Shown here piece by piece: positions 32,032-42,484 of a stretch of DNA of 64,000 nucleotides (positions are counted from its first letter, which is position 1; the number at the start of each line of letters is the position of its first letter). Source of the stretch: an uncultured Acidobacteriota bacterium (GTDB lineage: Bacteria; Acidobacteriota; JAQAZP01). The DNA is taken from assembly GCA_963836075.1 (NCBI GenBank), contig CAWIIB010000008.1, positions 170,093 through 234,092 of the forward strand, given 5' to 3'. The notes below the pieces were generated by a model. That model searched no databases and was not told where the DNA came from. It saw only the letters and a list, made by a program, of their open reading frames with translations. The position numbers and the translations under genes are program-made.

Positions 32032-33432
32032 TCAGTCCCCCCCCGCCGCGGCCGCCCGGTCCACCGCGTCCTTGAACAGTTGTCCCCGGTGCTCGAAGTT
32101 GTCGAACATGTCAAAACTGGCGCAGGCCGGCGAGAGGAGGAGCACGTCCCCCGGGGCGCCGGCGGCCAGCGCCTGCTCCACCGCCTGGTCCATGGAATCG
32201 CAGAACGCGGCGGGGATTGCCGGGTCCATGGCCTCGGCGATCAGCCGGGCGTCGGCACCGATGAGGAAGAGCCCCTTCGCCTTTGCCGCCACCTCCCGGC
32301 GCAGCTTGGAGAAGTCGCCGCCCTTGCCCAGCCCGCCCATGATCAGCAGTACGCGTCCCGGCGCCATGCCGGCCAGCGCCTTCAAGGTGGAGTCCACATT
32401 GGTCGCCTTGGAGTCGTTCACCGCGCGGGTCCCGCGCACCGTGCCCGCCGGCTCCATGCGGTGGGGCAGGGCGCGGAAGTCGGCCACCGCGGCGGCAAAG
32501 GTCTGCGGGCCGATGCCCAGGTGCCCGGCCACCGCGGCCACGGCCAGACTGTTCTCCAGGTTGTGACGGCCCTCCAGGGGGATATCCCCGGCGTTCATCA
32601 TCACCAGGTCCTCGTCGGCCAGCCGCACGGTGAGGCGATCCTCCTGCATGTAGGCCCCCTCGGCGCCGGCCTTCGGTTTTCCCCGGCCGGCGGTGAAGAA
32701 GAGGCGGCGCACACCGGGGTTCAGCGAGCCCATGGCCATGGCACGGGTCACCTGGTCGTCGAGGTTGATCACCGCCGCGTCGCCTTCGCCCTGGTTGAGG
32801 AAGATCCGCTCCTTGGCCGCGGAGTAGACCCGCATCTCGCGGTGGCGGTCCAGGTGGTCGGGGGTGATGTTGAGCATCACCGCCACCGCCGGCCGGAAAT
32901 CGCGCACCGTCTCCAGCTGGAAACTGCTCAGTTCGGCCACCAGCCAGCCGTCCGCCGGCTCCGGCCCCTCCTGCCCGTCGATCAGGTCCAGCAGCGGCGT
33001 GCCGAGATTGCCCCCCACCAGGGTGGGCAGGCCGGCCCGCTGCAGCAGGTGGCCGGTGAGCGAGGTCACCGTGGACTTGCCGTTGGAACCGGTGATCCCG
33101 ATGATCCGGCGGGAGGTGGCCTGGCCGGCCAGCTCCACTTCGCCGATCACCGGCAGGCCCAGCTTGTTCGCTCCCTGGACCAGCGGGATGGAGGTGGGCA
33201 CGCCCGGGCTGAGCACCAGGCAGTCCGCGGCCAGGCAGCGGACCCGGTCGTGGCCGCCGGTCTCCACCGTGGCTCCAGCCGCGCGGAGCTGCTCTGCGGC
33301 CTCGCCAAGTTCCTCTGCGGAGCGGCTGTCGGTGCAGTGCACCAGGGCCCCCCGCGCCAGCAGGTGGCGGGCTGCCGCCCGGCCGCTTGCCCCCAGGCCC
33401 ACCACTGTGAAATGCCTGTTCCTCAACTCCAT
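32032..33432 (-). CDS. murD: UDP-MurNAc-L-Ala--D-glutamate ligase
   Basis: GLGASG, SPGVP, TGSNGKSTVT, ELSSFQL, DHLDRH, NDSKATN, LSPACASFD. Confidence 0.98.
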   Translation of the reverse strand: MELRNRHFTVVGLGASGRAAARHLLARGALVHCTDSRSAEELGEAAEQLRAAGATVETGGHDRVRCLAADCLVLSPGVPTSIPLVQGANKLGLPVIGEVELAGQATSRRIIGITGSNGKSTVTSLTGHLLQRAGLPTLVGGNLGTPLLDLIDGQEGPEPADGWLVAELSSFQLETVRDFRPAVAVMLNITPDHLDRHREMRVYSAAKERIFLNQGEGDAAVINLDDQVTRAMAMGSLNPGVRRLFFTAGRGKPKAGAEGAYMQEDRLTVRLADEDLVMMNAGDIPLEGRHNLENSLAVAAVAGHLGIGPQTFAAAVADFRALPHRMEPAGTVRGTRAVNDSKATNVDSTLKALAGMAPGRVLLIMGGLGKGGDFSKLRREVAAKAKGLFLIGADARLIAEAMDPAIPAAFCDSMDQAVEQALAAGAPGDVLLLSPACASFDMFDNFEHRGQLFKDAVDRAAAAGGD

Positions 33433-33479
33433 TCTTCCTCGTCTCCCCCTGGGCCGCGGCCCGTTTTCCTGCGCCCGGG

Positions 33480-34565
33480 TCAGCGCAGCTTGAGAGTGCT
33501 CATGCTGACCAGTGCAAAAATAATGGCCAGGATCCAGAAGCGGATCACCACCTGGGGCTCGCTCCAGCCCTTGAGTTCGAAGTGGTGGTGGATCGGCGCC
33601 ATGCGGAAGACCCGCTTGCCGGTCCATTTGAAGCTGGCCACCTGGATGATCACCGAGAGGGCCTCCATGACAAAGAGCCCGCCGGCGATGAGCAGCATCA
33701 GTTCCTGGCGGATCACCACCGCCACGGTGCCGATGGCGCCGCCGAGGGCCAGCGAGCCGATGTCGCCCATGAAGATCTGCGCCGGGTGGGCGTTGAACCA
33801 GAGAAACCCCAGACAGGCGCCGATCAGGGCGCCGCAGATCACGGTCACCTCTCCGGCCCCCGGGACGTTGGTGATGTGCAGGTAGCCGGAGACCACGGCG
33901 TTACCGGCGATGTAGGCCAGCACGGTGAACACCGCGGTGGCGATCAGGGTGGAACCGATGGCCAGGCCGTCCAGCCCGTCGGTGAGGTTTACCGCGTTGG
34001 ACGCCCCGGTGATCACCAGCATGGCGAAGGGGATGAAGAGCAGCCCCAGTTCCGGTGTCAGCTCTTTGAAGAAGGGCAGGGTCAGCTCGGTGGTGAATTT
34101 CCCCTCGAGGGCCTGGGAGTAGAGGTAGGCCGCGATGCCGAAACTGATCGCCAGCTGCCCGGCCATCTTCAGCCTGGCGCTGAGCCCCTCGTTCCCCTTG
34201 CGGGTGATCTTGAGAAAATCGTCGATAAATCCGAGGATGCCGAAGGCCACGATGGAGCCGAGGACCACCAGCACCAGCGGGTTGGCGATTTTGGCCCAGA
34301 GCAGCACCGGGATGACCACCGAGGAGAGGATGATGATCCCGCCCATGGTGGGCGTGCCGGTCTTTTTCTGGTGGTTTTTCGGCCCCTCTTCCCGGACCGT
34401 CTGCCGCACCTGGAACTCGGCCAGGCGGCGGATGATCCACGGCCCCACCACGAAGGAGATCAGCATGGCGGTGAGCGTGGCCGCTGCCGTGCGGAAGGTG
34501 ATGTAGCGGAAGACGTTGAGCAGGGTAAAGCTCTCGTGGAACGGGTAGAGGAGGTAGTAGAGCAT
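33480..34565 (-). CDS. mraY: Phospho-N-acetylmuramoyl-pentapeptide transferase
   Basis: KTGTPTMGG, NAVNLTDGLDGL, FMGD.GS, MAPIHHHFE. Confidence 0.99.
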   Translation of the reverse strand: MLYYLLYPFHESFTLLNVFRYITFRTAAATLTAMLISFVVGPWIIRRLAEFQVRQTVREEGPKNHQKKTGTPTMGGIIILSSVVIPVLLWAKIANPLVLVVLGSIVAFGILGFIDDFLKITRKGNEGLSARLKMAGQLAISFGIAAYLYSQALEGKFTTELTLPFFKELTPELGLLFIPFAMLVITGASNAVNLTDGLDGLAIGSTLIATAVFTVLAYIAGNAVVSGYLHITNVPGAGEVTVICGALIGACLGFLWFNAHPAQIFMGDIGSLALGGAIGTVAVVIRQELMLLIAGGLFVMEALSVIIQVASFKWTGKRVFRMAPIHHHFELKGWSEPQVVIRFWILAIIFALVSMSTLKLR

Positions 34566-36006
34566 CAGTCCGTCCTTTCGTCTTCCGGCCGGCTGCCGGT
34601 CACCAGCCGCACCACTGCTTCCATGCCCACGCCGCGGGACCCCTTGACCAGCAGCAGGTCCCCCGGTTCGAGGGACGCGGCGAGGAACCGGCCCGCCGCG
34701 TCGGCCGTGTCAAAGGTGTGAACGTTGTCGTCGTCAATTCCGCCGTCCTTCGCCCCGGCGGCCGTTTCTGCGGCCCGGGCGCCCACGGCAACCAGCAGGC
34801 TGAACCCCGACAGGGCGGCCAGCCGGCCCACCTCGTGGTGCGCCGCTGCGGCGCCGGGCCCCAGCTCCAGCATGTCACCCAGGGCGGCCACCCGCCGGCC
34901 GGTGGTGGCGCTGCGCCCCAGCATCTCCAGCACCGCGGCCATGGCCTGCGGGTTGGCGTTGTAGCTGTCGTCGTAGAGGGTGATGCCGTTGTCCAGCCGG
35001 CTCACCGTGCCCCGCATGCGATACGGCCGGAGCCCGGCGACGGCGTCCCTGGCGCTCCGGGGGTCGAGGCCCGCGGCGCGGACCACAGCCAGACCGGCCA
35101 GCAGGTTGTAGAGGTTGTGCCGGCCGGCCAGGGGGCTGATCCAGCGGCCTGCCGCCGCGCCGTCCAGCAGCAGGGTGAAGCGCACGCCGTCCAGGCCCAG
35201 CAGCTCGACCTCCGCGGCGGCCACGTCCGCCGGCCGCTCCATGCCAAAGGTCACCGCCCGGCATCCGGGGGGGGAGTCATGCCGGCCACCAGCTGGTCGT
35301 CGGCGTTGAGCACCGCCGTGGCGCCGGGAGCCAGCCCGTCCACCAGTTTGCCCTTTTCCGCGGCGATGCCGTCCAGCGAGGTGAAATTTTCCAGGTGCAC
35401 CGGGTTGACATTGAGCACCACCCCCACGTCGGGCCGGGCGATTTCCACCAGCCGCGGCATCTCGTCCGGGGTGCTGATTCCCAGCTCGCAGACCGCCCGG
35501 CGGTGTTCGGGGCCGAGACGCAGCAGGGTCAGGGGCAGGCCGTAGTGGTTGTTCAGGTTGCCCGTGGAGGAGAGCACCGGGCCGTGGCCGGCCAGCAGGG
35601 CGGCGCTGATCTCCTTGGCGCTGGTCTTGCCGCAGCTGCCGGTGATCCCCACCAGGGTGAGCGGGCTGACCAGGGTGCGCACATGGGCCGCCAGGTCCTG
35701 CAGGGCCCTGGTGGTGTCCGGGACGTGGATCAGGGCCGCTCCGCCGGCGGGGTCCCGGGGGGGGCTGGAGACAACCAGCGCCCGGGCCCCGGCGCCTTCT
35801 GCCGCTCCGAGGAAGCGGTGGGCGTCGTGGTTCGGCCCGACGATGGCGAAGAACAGCTCGCCGCCGCGCAGCGACCGGGTGTCGATGGAGTAGCGGCTGA
35901 CCGTGTCGCCGGGGGCGCCGCCGGACAGGGTCCCGCCCATCGCCCGGGTGCAGTCGCCCAGGGTCAGTTGCAGCGGGGGCCACTGCGTCGCGGCGGCGCC
36001 GGCCAT
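34565..36006 (-). CDS. murF: UDP-MurNAc-tripeptide--D-Ala-D-Ala ligase (1-nt frameshift in G8 run at 35267-35274)
   Basis: N-half (SIDTR, TGSCGKT, GNLNN.YGLP) in ORF 35251..36024; C-half (DDSYNANP, LGDMLELG, KGSRG) in ORF 34565..35983; one extra C in the run joins them. Confidence 0.95.
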
Positions 36007-36007
36007 T

Positions 36008-37534
36008 TCAGTCCCGGTGTTCATCCTGTTCGTCTCCGGTGATCAGCGCGTTCACCACTTCCCGGTCGTCAAAGTGAATCGTGTCGCGGCCCAGGATCTG
36101 ATAGTCCTCGTGCCCCTTGCCGGCCACCACCACCGTGTCGCCCGCCCGGGCCAGGTCGAGGGCGGCGGCGATGGCTCTGCGCCGGTCCGGCTCCACGGTG
36201 ACCCCGGTGCCGCTGTCGGCTCCCTGGCGGACGCCTTCCTCCACCTGGGCAATGATGGCCAGCGGATCCTCGGTTCGCGGGTTGTCCGAGGTGAGCACCA
36301 CGTGGTCGCTGAGGTTGGCCGCGGTGCGGCCCATCAACGGCCGTTTGCCCGGGTCGCGGTCGCCGCCGCAGCCGAAGAGGGTGATCAGCCGTCCGTTGCC
36401 GGTGAGCTCGCGCATCGAGCCCAGCAGGTGGCTCAGCGCGTCGTCGGTGTGGGCGTAGTCCACCACCACCCGGTACCCCCGGGGGGCGGCGATCAGCTGA
36501 AAGCGGCCGGGGACGCCGCCAAAGGCCGCGGCTCCGGCGGCTACCGCCGCGGGCGGCAGCCCCAGCTGGAGGCAGACCGCCGCCGCCAGCAGGAGGTTCA
36601 CCGCGTTGGTCCGTCCGATCATCGGCGAGTGCAGGGCCAGCGGTTTTTCCAGGAGCGAGCCGTGGATTTCCATCCGGATGCCTGACCAGTCCACCACGGT
36701 GGAAAGGGCCCGGACATCGGCGCCGGCGGTTGACCCGCAGCGCAGCACCGTCCCCTGGAGCTCGCCGGCCAGCCGGGCCCCTGCCGGATCATCGATGTTG
36801 ACCACCGCGGCGCCGTCCTCCCGGCGCAGATTGCTGAACAGCTTCTTCTTTGCCCGGTAGTAGCGTTCCATGTCCAGGTGGTAGTCCAGGTGGTCTCGGG
36901 AGAGATTGCTGAAGGCCGCCGTGCGGAACCGCGCGCCGGCCACCCGTTCCCGTTCCAGGGCGTGGGAGGAGACCTCCATGACGCAGTGGCTGCAGCCGGC
37001 ATCCCGCATCCGGGCCAGCAAGGCGTAGAAGCGGTCCGCCTCGGGGGTGGTCAGGGCGGCCCGTTCGCGCCGGTCGCCGGCCAGCACTTCCACGCCGCCG
37101 ATCAGGCCGCATTGGAAGCCGGCGGCCCGCAGCATCCGGTGTACCAGGTGGACGGTGGTGGTCTTGCCATTGGTGCCGGTGACCCCCACCAGCGTGAGGG
37201 CCGTGTCCGGCTCCCGGTGGCAGCGGCGGGCCAGGACGGCCAGGGCCTGGCGCGGGTCGGACACGGTGATCCAGGCCGCGGCTCCGGGCAGCGGCGAGGG
37301 CGGCGGGTCTTCGCTGACCACCGCCGGGGCGCCGGCTGCCGCGGCCCTTTCGGCGAAGCGGTTGCCGTCGAAGCGTTCGCCGCGCAGGGCGACGAAGAGC
37401 ACACCCGCGGAGACCTCCCGCGAATCCTGGGTCACACCGCTGACCGGCTGCGCCAGGTCGCCGGCGGTGCCCAGCACCGGGAGGTCCTGCAGCAGCTGTT
37501 CGACTGTCAGTGGCTCTGGGATCATCTCTTTCAC
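36008..37534 (-). CDS. murE: UDP-MurNAc-dipeptide--meso-DAP ligase
   Basis: TGTNGKTT, MEVSSH, DHLDYH, VDYAHT, DNPR (DAP specificity), GKGHE. Confidence 0.98.
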   Translation of the reverse strand: MKEMIPEPLTVEQLLQDLPVLGTAGDLAQPVSGVTQDSREVSAGVLFVALRGERFDGNRFAERAAAAGAPAVVSEDPPPSPLPGAAAWITVSDPRQALAVLARRCHREPDTALTLVGVTGTNGKTTTVHLVHRMLRAAGFQCGLIGGVEVLAGDRRERAALTTPEADRFYALLARMRDAGCSHCVMEVSSHALERERVAGARFRTAAFSNLSRDHLDYHLDMERYYRAKKKLFSNLRREDGAAVVNIDDPAGARLAGELQGTVLRCGSTAGADVRALSTVVDWSGIRMEIHGSLLEKPLALHSPMIGRTNAVNLLLAAAVCLQLGLPPAAVAAGAAAFGGVPGRFQLIAAPRGYRVVVDYAHTDDALSHLLGSMRELTGNGRLITLFGCGGDRDPGKRPLMGRTAANLSDHVVLTSDNPRTEDPLAIIAQVEEGVRQGADSGTGVTVEPDRRRAIAAALDLARAGDTVVVAGKGHEDYQILGRDTIHFDDREVVNALITGDEQDEHRD

Positions 37535-37552
37535 TCAGTCTGCCCGCTGGTT

Positions 37553-39286
37553 CTATCCGGCGTCACCCCGCGCCACCGGCCGGCGAAGTTCGGCCACCAG
37601 GATCTCATCGAGGCCGGAGGGCACGGCGAGGCGCCGCAGCGTCGCCTCCACCACCTCGCGGAACACCGGAGCCGCCACCTGGCCGCCGTGGTAGTGGGGT
37701 CGCCGTACCTCGCTGAATACCGCCACCACCGCGATCCGCGGCTGGTGATACGGCGCGAAACCGGCAAAGGACGCCACGAAGCGTGAATCAGAATACTTCC
37801 CGTCGATGATCATCTGCGCCGTGCCGGTCTTGCCGGCGGTCTGGTAGTGTTGGGAGGCGGCCTGCCCGCCGGTACCGTGCTCCACCACGCCGGCCATCAT
37901 CTCGCGCAGCAGGGCCGCGGTCTTTTCCGATATGGCCCGGCCCTCGATCTCCGGCTTGAAGCGGCGAACCTGGCGGCCTTCGCGGTCCTGGATCCGGATC
38001 ACCAGCCGGGGGACCCGCAGCTGGCCGTCGGCGGCGATGGCCGCCACCGCCCGGCAGAGCTGCAAGGGTGTCACGCTGATCTCCTGGCCGAAGGAGATGG
38101 TGGCGCAGGTGCGGTCCGACCAGCTCTGCGCCGGTTGGACCAGCCCCTTCTCTTCCCAGGGCAGCTGGATGCCGGTTTTGCGCCCGAAGCCGAAGGCGGT
38201 GATCATCCGGTGCAACCGCTCGCTGCCCGCCATCATCCCCACCTTCATCGCCCCCACATTGCTCGATTTGGCGATGATCTCGGCCGGGGTGAGCTTGTCG
38301 AAAGATTTGTGGTCCTTGATCCACCGGCCGCCCACCTTCAGCCCGCCCCGCCCGCAGTCGATCTTCTGCTCCAGGTCCAGCAGGCCGGCTTCCAGGGCGG
38401 CGGCCATGGTGATCAGTTTGAAGGTGGAGCCCGGTTCGTAGAACCGGGAGACCGCCCGGTTGGCCATCAGGTCCAGGTCGTAGTGGCCGTAGTCGTTGGG
38501 ATCGAAGCCGGGCCGGTTGGCCATGGCCAGGACGTCGCCGTTCCAGACATCCATCACCACCACCGTGCCGGATGCCGCGCCGCTCTCGGCCATCGTCTTT
38601 TCCAGCGCCTTCTCGGCGTGATACTGGATCACCTCGTCGATGGTCAGCACCAGGTCGTATCCCGCCGTGGCCGGGCGTTCCCCGGGACCGTAGCTCCGGC
38701 CCAGGGCGTCGCGGCGGACCAGCCAGCGGCCGTCCTTTCCGGCGATGTCCCTGTCGAACTGCTCCTCCACCCCGTATTTGCCGCTGTTCACCAGGTCGGT
38801 GTAGCCGAGCACGTGGCAGGCCAGCTGATCCTGGGGGTAGTGGCGGTCGTTCTCCTGTCTGAAACCGACGCCAGTCAGGTTGAGGGCGCGGACCTGGTCC
38901 GCCACCTGGGGGGTCACCATGCGCTTGACGTAGGTTTCCGAGCAGTTCATACGGCATTTCTCGATGACCGTCTGGCGCTCCAGGCCGAGGACGTCGTTCA
39001 GCGCGCTGGCGATGTGGTAGATATTGGTCACCCGCGCCGGTTCGATGACCACGGTGTCCGCCTTGCGGCTCACCGCCAGCAACTGCCCGTTGCGGTCGAG
39101 GATCGAGCCGCGGGCGGCGGGGATTTTCTGGGTCCGTTCCTGCTGGGAGACGGCCTTCTTGCAGAACTTCCCGTGCTGCAGCAGCTGCAGGTCCACCAGG
39201 CGCCAGGCGATGATCACCGCCCAGGCGGCCAGCACCAGGCCGACAAACAGAATCCGCTTCACGCTGACGGTGTCCTTCCTGTTCAC
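37553..39286 (-). CDS. ftsI: Class B penicillin-binding protein (FtsI/PBP3)
   Basis: N-terminal TM; RG.I.DRNG; EPGSTFK (SxxK), SSN, KTG. Confidence 0.96.
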   Translation of the reverse strand: MNRKDTVSVKRILFVGLVLAAWAVIIAWRLVDLQLLQHGKFCKKAVSQQERTQKIPAARGSILDRNGQLLAVSRKADTVVIEPARVTNIYHIASALNDVLGLERQTVIEKCRMNCSETYVKRMVTPQVADQVRALNLTGVGFRQENDRHYPQDQLACHVLGYTDLVNSGKYGVEEQFDRDIAGKDGRWLVRRDALGRSYGPGERPATAGYDLVLTIDEVIQYHAEKALEKTMAESGAASGTVVVMDVWNGDVLAMANRPGFDPNDYGHYDLDLMANRAVSRFYEPGSTFKLITMAAALEAGLLDLEQKIDCGRGGLKVGGRWIKDHKSFDKLTPAEIIAKSSNVGAMKVGMMAGSERLHRMITAFGFGRKTGIQLPWEEKGLVQPAQSWSDRTCATISFGQEISVTPLQLCRAVAAIAADGQLRVPRLVIRIQDREGRQVRRFKPEIEGRAISEKTAALLREMMAGVVEHGTGGQAASQHYQTAGKTGTAQMIIDGKYSDSRFVASFAGFAPYHQPRIAVVAVFSEVRRPHYHGGQVAAPVFREVVEATLRRLAVPSGLDEILVAELRRPVARGDAG

Positions 39287-39727
39287 TTAGTCCTCCCCGG
39301 CGGTCTCCGCCGCCATCATCCCGTCCCTGACGTAGCAGTGCACCACCTGCCCCGTGGCCGGCTCGCGCAGACCGAGGTCGCCCAACGCCGCCGCCCGGAC
39401 CAGCTCCAGCGAGCGGGCGCTGGAAACGTCCCCGCGCAGCCCCCCGGTCTTGTCCTCCATCCGCAGCAGGGCCGATTCCAGGCGGGCGATTTCGTAGTCC
39501 AGGCGCCGGTTCTCCATCCGGGTCCAAAAGAGGACCACCAGCGAGAAGAAGAGCATGGTGGCCACCAGGGTGAAGAGACCCAGGCGGCGGTTCCTCCGGC
39601 GGTCCTTGATCCCGGTGAGCTGGGAATTGCGCACCTTTTTACGGAAGTCGTCGGAGGGGGGTTTTCTCCGTCCACCCCCGGGGCGGTCGGGCCGGTAAAT
39701 GGTCAGCGCCGGATTCCTGTTGCTCAT
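39287..39727 (-). CDS. ftsL: Cell division protein FtsL
   Basis: Basic N-terminus, single TM, coiled coil, LGL.EP..GQV; lies between rsmH and ftsI. Confidence 0.85.
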   Translation of the reverse strand: MSNRNPALTIYRPDRPGGGRRKPPSDDFRKKVRNSQLTGIKDRRRNRRLGLFTLVATMLFFSLVVLFWTRMENRRLDYEIARLESALLRMEDKTGGLRGDVSSARSLELVRAAALGDLGLREPATGQVVHCYVRDGMMAAETAGED

Positions 39728-39756
39728 GTTCGTATCTCCCTCAACTCACGTTGGTC

Positions 39757-40698
39757 TCACGTGTCCGTGTCAGTTCTTTTCAGCCCCCGGAGTCTGGCGC
39801 TCCGGCTGCGCGGGTTCTGCTGCCGTTCCTCCTCCCCCGGTGTGATCGACTTTGCCGGGTGCCGGGCAAAGGGGGACGAGCCGTGACCGCAGACGCAGAC
39901 CGGCAGGCCCGGGGGGCAGGTGCAGGGTCTGGTCAGCCGGGTGAAGGTCCGCTTCACCGCCCGGTCCTCCAGCGAGTGGTAGGCGATCACCGCCAGCACC
40001 CCGCCGTCGGCCAGCATGCCGGCAGCGGTTTCCAGGAACCGTTCCAGGCCGTCCAGCTCGCGGTTCACCGCGATGCGCACCGCCTGAAACGTGCGGGTGG
40101 CCGGGTCGGTGCGCCGCCCCTGCCGCGGGCCGGTCACCGAGTGGACGGCCCGGCGGAGGTCGCCGGTGCTGCGCAGCGGCTCGCGCTCGCGCTGCCGGAC
40201 GATGGCCCGGGCGATGGCTCGGGCCCGGGGCTCCTGGCCGTAGCGCCGCAGAATGCCGGCCAGCTGCTTTTCCGGAAGGCTGTTCAGCATCGCGGCCGCC
40301 CCTTCGCCGCTGCTCCGGTCGTAGCGCATGTCCAGCGGCCCGTCGTGACGGAAGCTGAACCCCCGGCCCGGGTCGTCCAGCTGCAGCGAGGAAAGCCCCA
40401 GGTCGGCCAGGATGCCGTCGGCCCTCAATCCCGGTTCCCGCTCGGCCAGCGTGCGGTAGTCGCCGTGGTGCAGGGTCACCCGGTCACCAAAGGCGGTGAG
40501 CCGTTTCGCCGCCAGGGCCAGGGTTTCGGCATCGCGGTCGAACCCCACCAGCCGCCCGTCCGGCGCTGAACGCCCGAGTATTTCTCTGGAGTGCCCTCCG
40601 GGGCCCACGGTGCAATCCACGTAAACGCCCTCCGGCCGGGGTGCCAGCAGCTCGGCCGTTTCGGCGAGCAATACCGGTTGGTGCACACCCTCGGTCAT
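39757..40698 (-). CDS. rsmH: 16S rRNA m4C1402 methyltransferase
   Basis: HQPVLL.E, DCTVG.GGHS, DLG.SS.QLD...RGFSF, PLDMR, YHSLEDR, NPRSRSA. Confidence 0.98.
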   Translation of the reverse strand: MTEGVHQPVLLAETAELLAPRPEGVYVDCTVGPGGHSREILGRSAPDGRLVGFDRDAETLALAAKRLTAFGDRVTLHHGDYRTLAEREPGLRADGILADLGLSSLQLDDPGRGFSFRHDGPLDMRYDRSSGEGAAAMLNSLPEKQLAGILRRYGQEPRARAIARAIVRQREREPLRSTGDLRRAVHSVTGPRQGRRTDPATRTFQAVRIAVNRELDGLERFLETAAGMLADGGVLAVIAYHSLEDRAVKRTFTRLTRPCTCPPGLPVCVCGHGSSPFARHPAKSITPGEEERQQNPRSRSARLRGLKRTDTDT

Positions 40699-40843
40699 GG
40701 TGACAGTTCTCCCCTGTGGCCCGGTGTGGAGAATCATTCCGGATGCTGATTGGAGACAGTGCCGGTTTAGCTCTGGTGCGGACTGACGGAAACGGCTGGC
40801 CGCGGCCCCCGAATCCCTCAGGGGGATCAGGGGGCCGCCTCCC

Positions 40844-41224
40844 CTATGCTGTCTGGGGCAGGACGGAGGCCGTCGGCGTCGCGGCCGGGTAGATCTTGTG
40901 CAGGTAGCACTCCTCTGATGCGTCAAAAATCTCGAACTGGCAGTTCACGTCCATCAGCTGCAGAATGTCCTTGAGATACGGATTGAGGCGGGTGACACAG
41001 ATCCCCCCGAACCTGTTCCTCACCTTCCGCGCACATTCAACCAGTTCGTGGAGGCTGCCATACTGGATGTGCAGAACCTGTTCCATATCCAGAACAAAGA
41101 ACTGGAATGACTCAAGAAGCAGATCCTCGATCTGCTGCCGGATCTGTTTCATGGCGCAATAATCTATTTCACCCGACAGCTCCAGGACGGCGCTTTTCAC
41201 GTCGTTGTGCCTGATAACCCTCAC
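40844..41224 (-). CDS. STAS domain protein (anti-sigma factor antagonist-like)
   Basis: VLELSGEID, FVLDM.QV..I, L........GG......LNP....IL.L; strong GGAGGT RBS before GTG. Confidence 0.85.
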   Translation of the reverse strand: MRVIRHNDVKSAVLELSGEIDYCAMKQIRQQIEDLLLESFQFFVLDMEQVLHIQYGSLHELVECARKVRNRFGGICVTRLNPYLKDILQLMDVNCQFEIFDASEECYLHKIYPAATPTASVLPQTA

Positions 41225-41275
41225 CGCGATTCACCTCCCTTCCACATGTTGAACAGACCGCTGATATCCCCGAAA

Positions 41276-41716
41276 TCAGATGCCTGCCTCGGCCAGTGCG
41301 TCATACTCCTCTTCCGTCAGGTCACCCTGGGAATCGATCCGCTGTTCCAGCGCGCTCATCGACCAGACTTCCAGGTAATCCCCCTGGCCAAGCACCGACA
41401 ATTCCCCTTCCAGACCGGCGGATATCCTGAGCAACGGGTGGATCAGGAGACGGCCCTGGGTGTCGATGCTGGCCTCATTGCCAAAATAACTGGTTCGCGA
41501 CAGGTATTTCTGCCGGCCCTTGAAGGTGGACGGCAGGTCACGGAGGCGGCCCTCGATGGCCTCCCACACCGGCAGGGGGTAGATCCAGGCGCTCTGACCG
41601 GTGATGCTGGTCACGTAGACTCCGGGGCCGTAGGCCTCCCGCATCTCCTTGAGGAAGTCCCGCGGGATCTTGAGCCTCCCCCGGTCGTCCATCTTGGCCA
41701 GCTTGTTCCCCCGCAT
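41276..41716 (-). CDS. mraZ: MraZ transcriptional regulator (proximal copy)
   Basis: Two SpoVT/AbrB-like repeats: MRGN..AKMDDRGRLKIP and IDTQGRLLI.P.LR...G; GQGDYLEVW. Confidence 0.93.
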   Translation of the reverse strand: MRGNKLAKMDDRGRLKIPRDFLKEMREAYGPGVYVTSITGQSAWIYPLPVWEAIEGRLRDLPSTFKGRQKYLSRTSYFGNEASIDTQGRLLIHPLLRISAGLEGELSVLGQGDYLEVWSMSALEQRIDSQGDLTEEEYDALAEAGI

Positions 41717-41800
41717 GGGTCCCCTGAGAGTGATGGAAATAGTGTCAGCCGGTCATGGGACAACTTCCCTGACCGGCAGATTCTGCCGCCACCATAGTGG

Positions 41801-41870
41801 CATTTAGTCCATTTTAGTCCAATTTTGTCCCGGCTGTGATAAATATAGGTATGGCGTCGGAAAAAGTCAA
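41801..41870 (-). promoter_or_regulatory. Promoter plus three 10-bp direct repeats (putative MraZ operator, GGAC type)
   Basis: Minus strand TTGACT-17-TATATT (41870-41842), then GGGACAAAAT TGGACTAAAA TGGACTAAAT (41831-41802). Confidence 0.72.
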
Positions 41871-41903
41871 TGGCAGGGAATGAAATAAATGAAAAAAATT
41901 GGC

Positions 41904-42386
41904 CTACCCATTGAACCGGCCGGGGTCGGTCTCTTCGGGTGCGCTGAAAAGGAGGGTGGAGAAGGTTTCGGTGATCTGGGCGATGTCCTCGCGGCCTTCC
42001 TCGAGGTAGCGGTCCATGGTTTCAGGGTTCCAGATCTCGATGTGTTCCATGATCCCCACCAGAACCGCCTCCTGATCGATGCCGGCGTAGTCGCGGAGCT
42101 TGGGCGGCAGCAGGATGCGGCCCTGCTTGTCCGGTCGGCATTGGACTGCGCCGTAAAACATGTTGCGCAGGAAAGGGATCAGGTTTTCCGGCATCGAGTG
42201 CGACTGTTTGAGCCGTCGCTGCAGGCGGAGCAACTCGGTCTGGGGGAAAACGTTGAGACAGCGATCAAAGCGGGTGACCACCAGGTCGTCGCCACTGAAG
42301 GTGTCGTGCAGAACGGTGCGGAACGCCGGCGGGAAGGTCAGCCGGCCCTTGTCATCAAGACGGTATTGGAAGGTTCCAAGAAACAT
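41904..42386 (-). CDS. mraZ: MraZ transcriptional regulator (distal copy)
   Basis: MFLGTFQYRLDDKGRLTFP, PDKQGRILLP..LR.YAGI, VG...HIEIW. Confidence 0.93.
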   Translation of the reverse strand: MFLGTFQYRLDDKGRLTFPPAFRTVLHDTFSGDDLVVTRFDRCLNVFPQTELLRLQRRLKQSHSMPENLIPFLRNMFYGAVQCRPDKQGRILLPPKLRDYAGIDQEAVLVGIMEHIEIWNPETMDRYLEEGREDIAQITETFSTLLFSAPEETDPGRFNG

Positions 42387-42484
42387 GTGCTCAGTGGGTA
42401 GAGAAAATTTGGGGGATTCAAACAGCTTGCCTCGCTCCCCAGGCCGTAGGAAGCGTGGGGCTGTTTGAACCCCCGTAAAGATAT

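Noticed and set aside
35251-35290. murF as a pseudogene or phase-variable/programmed frameshift
   Set aside because: The break lies in a G8 homopolymer of an essential gene and one added base restores the frame; other isolated indels in the window point to long-read error.
41801-41831. Short tandem repeats as a CRISPR or VNTR
   Set aside because: 10-bp units without spacers, located directly in a promoter region; better explained as an operator.
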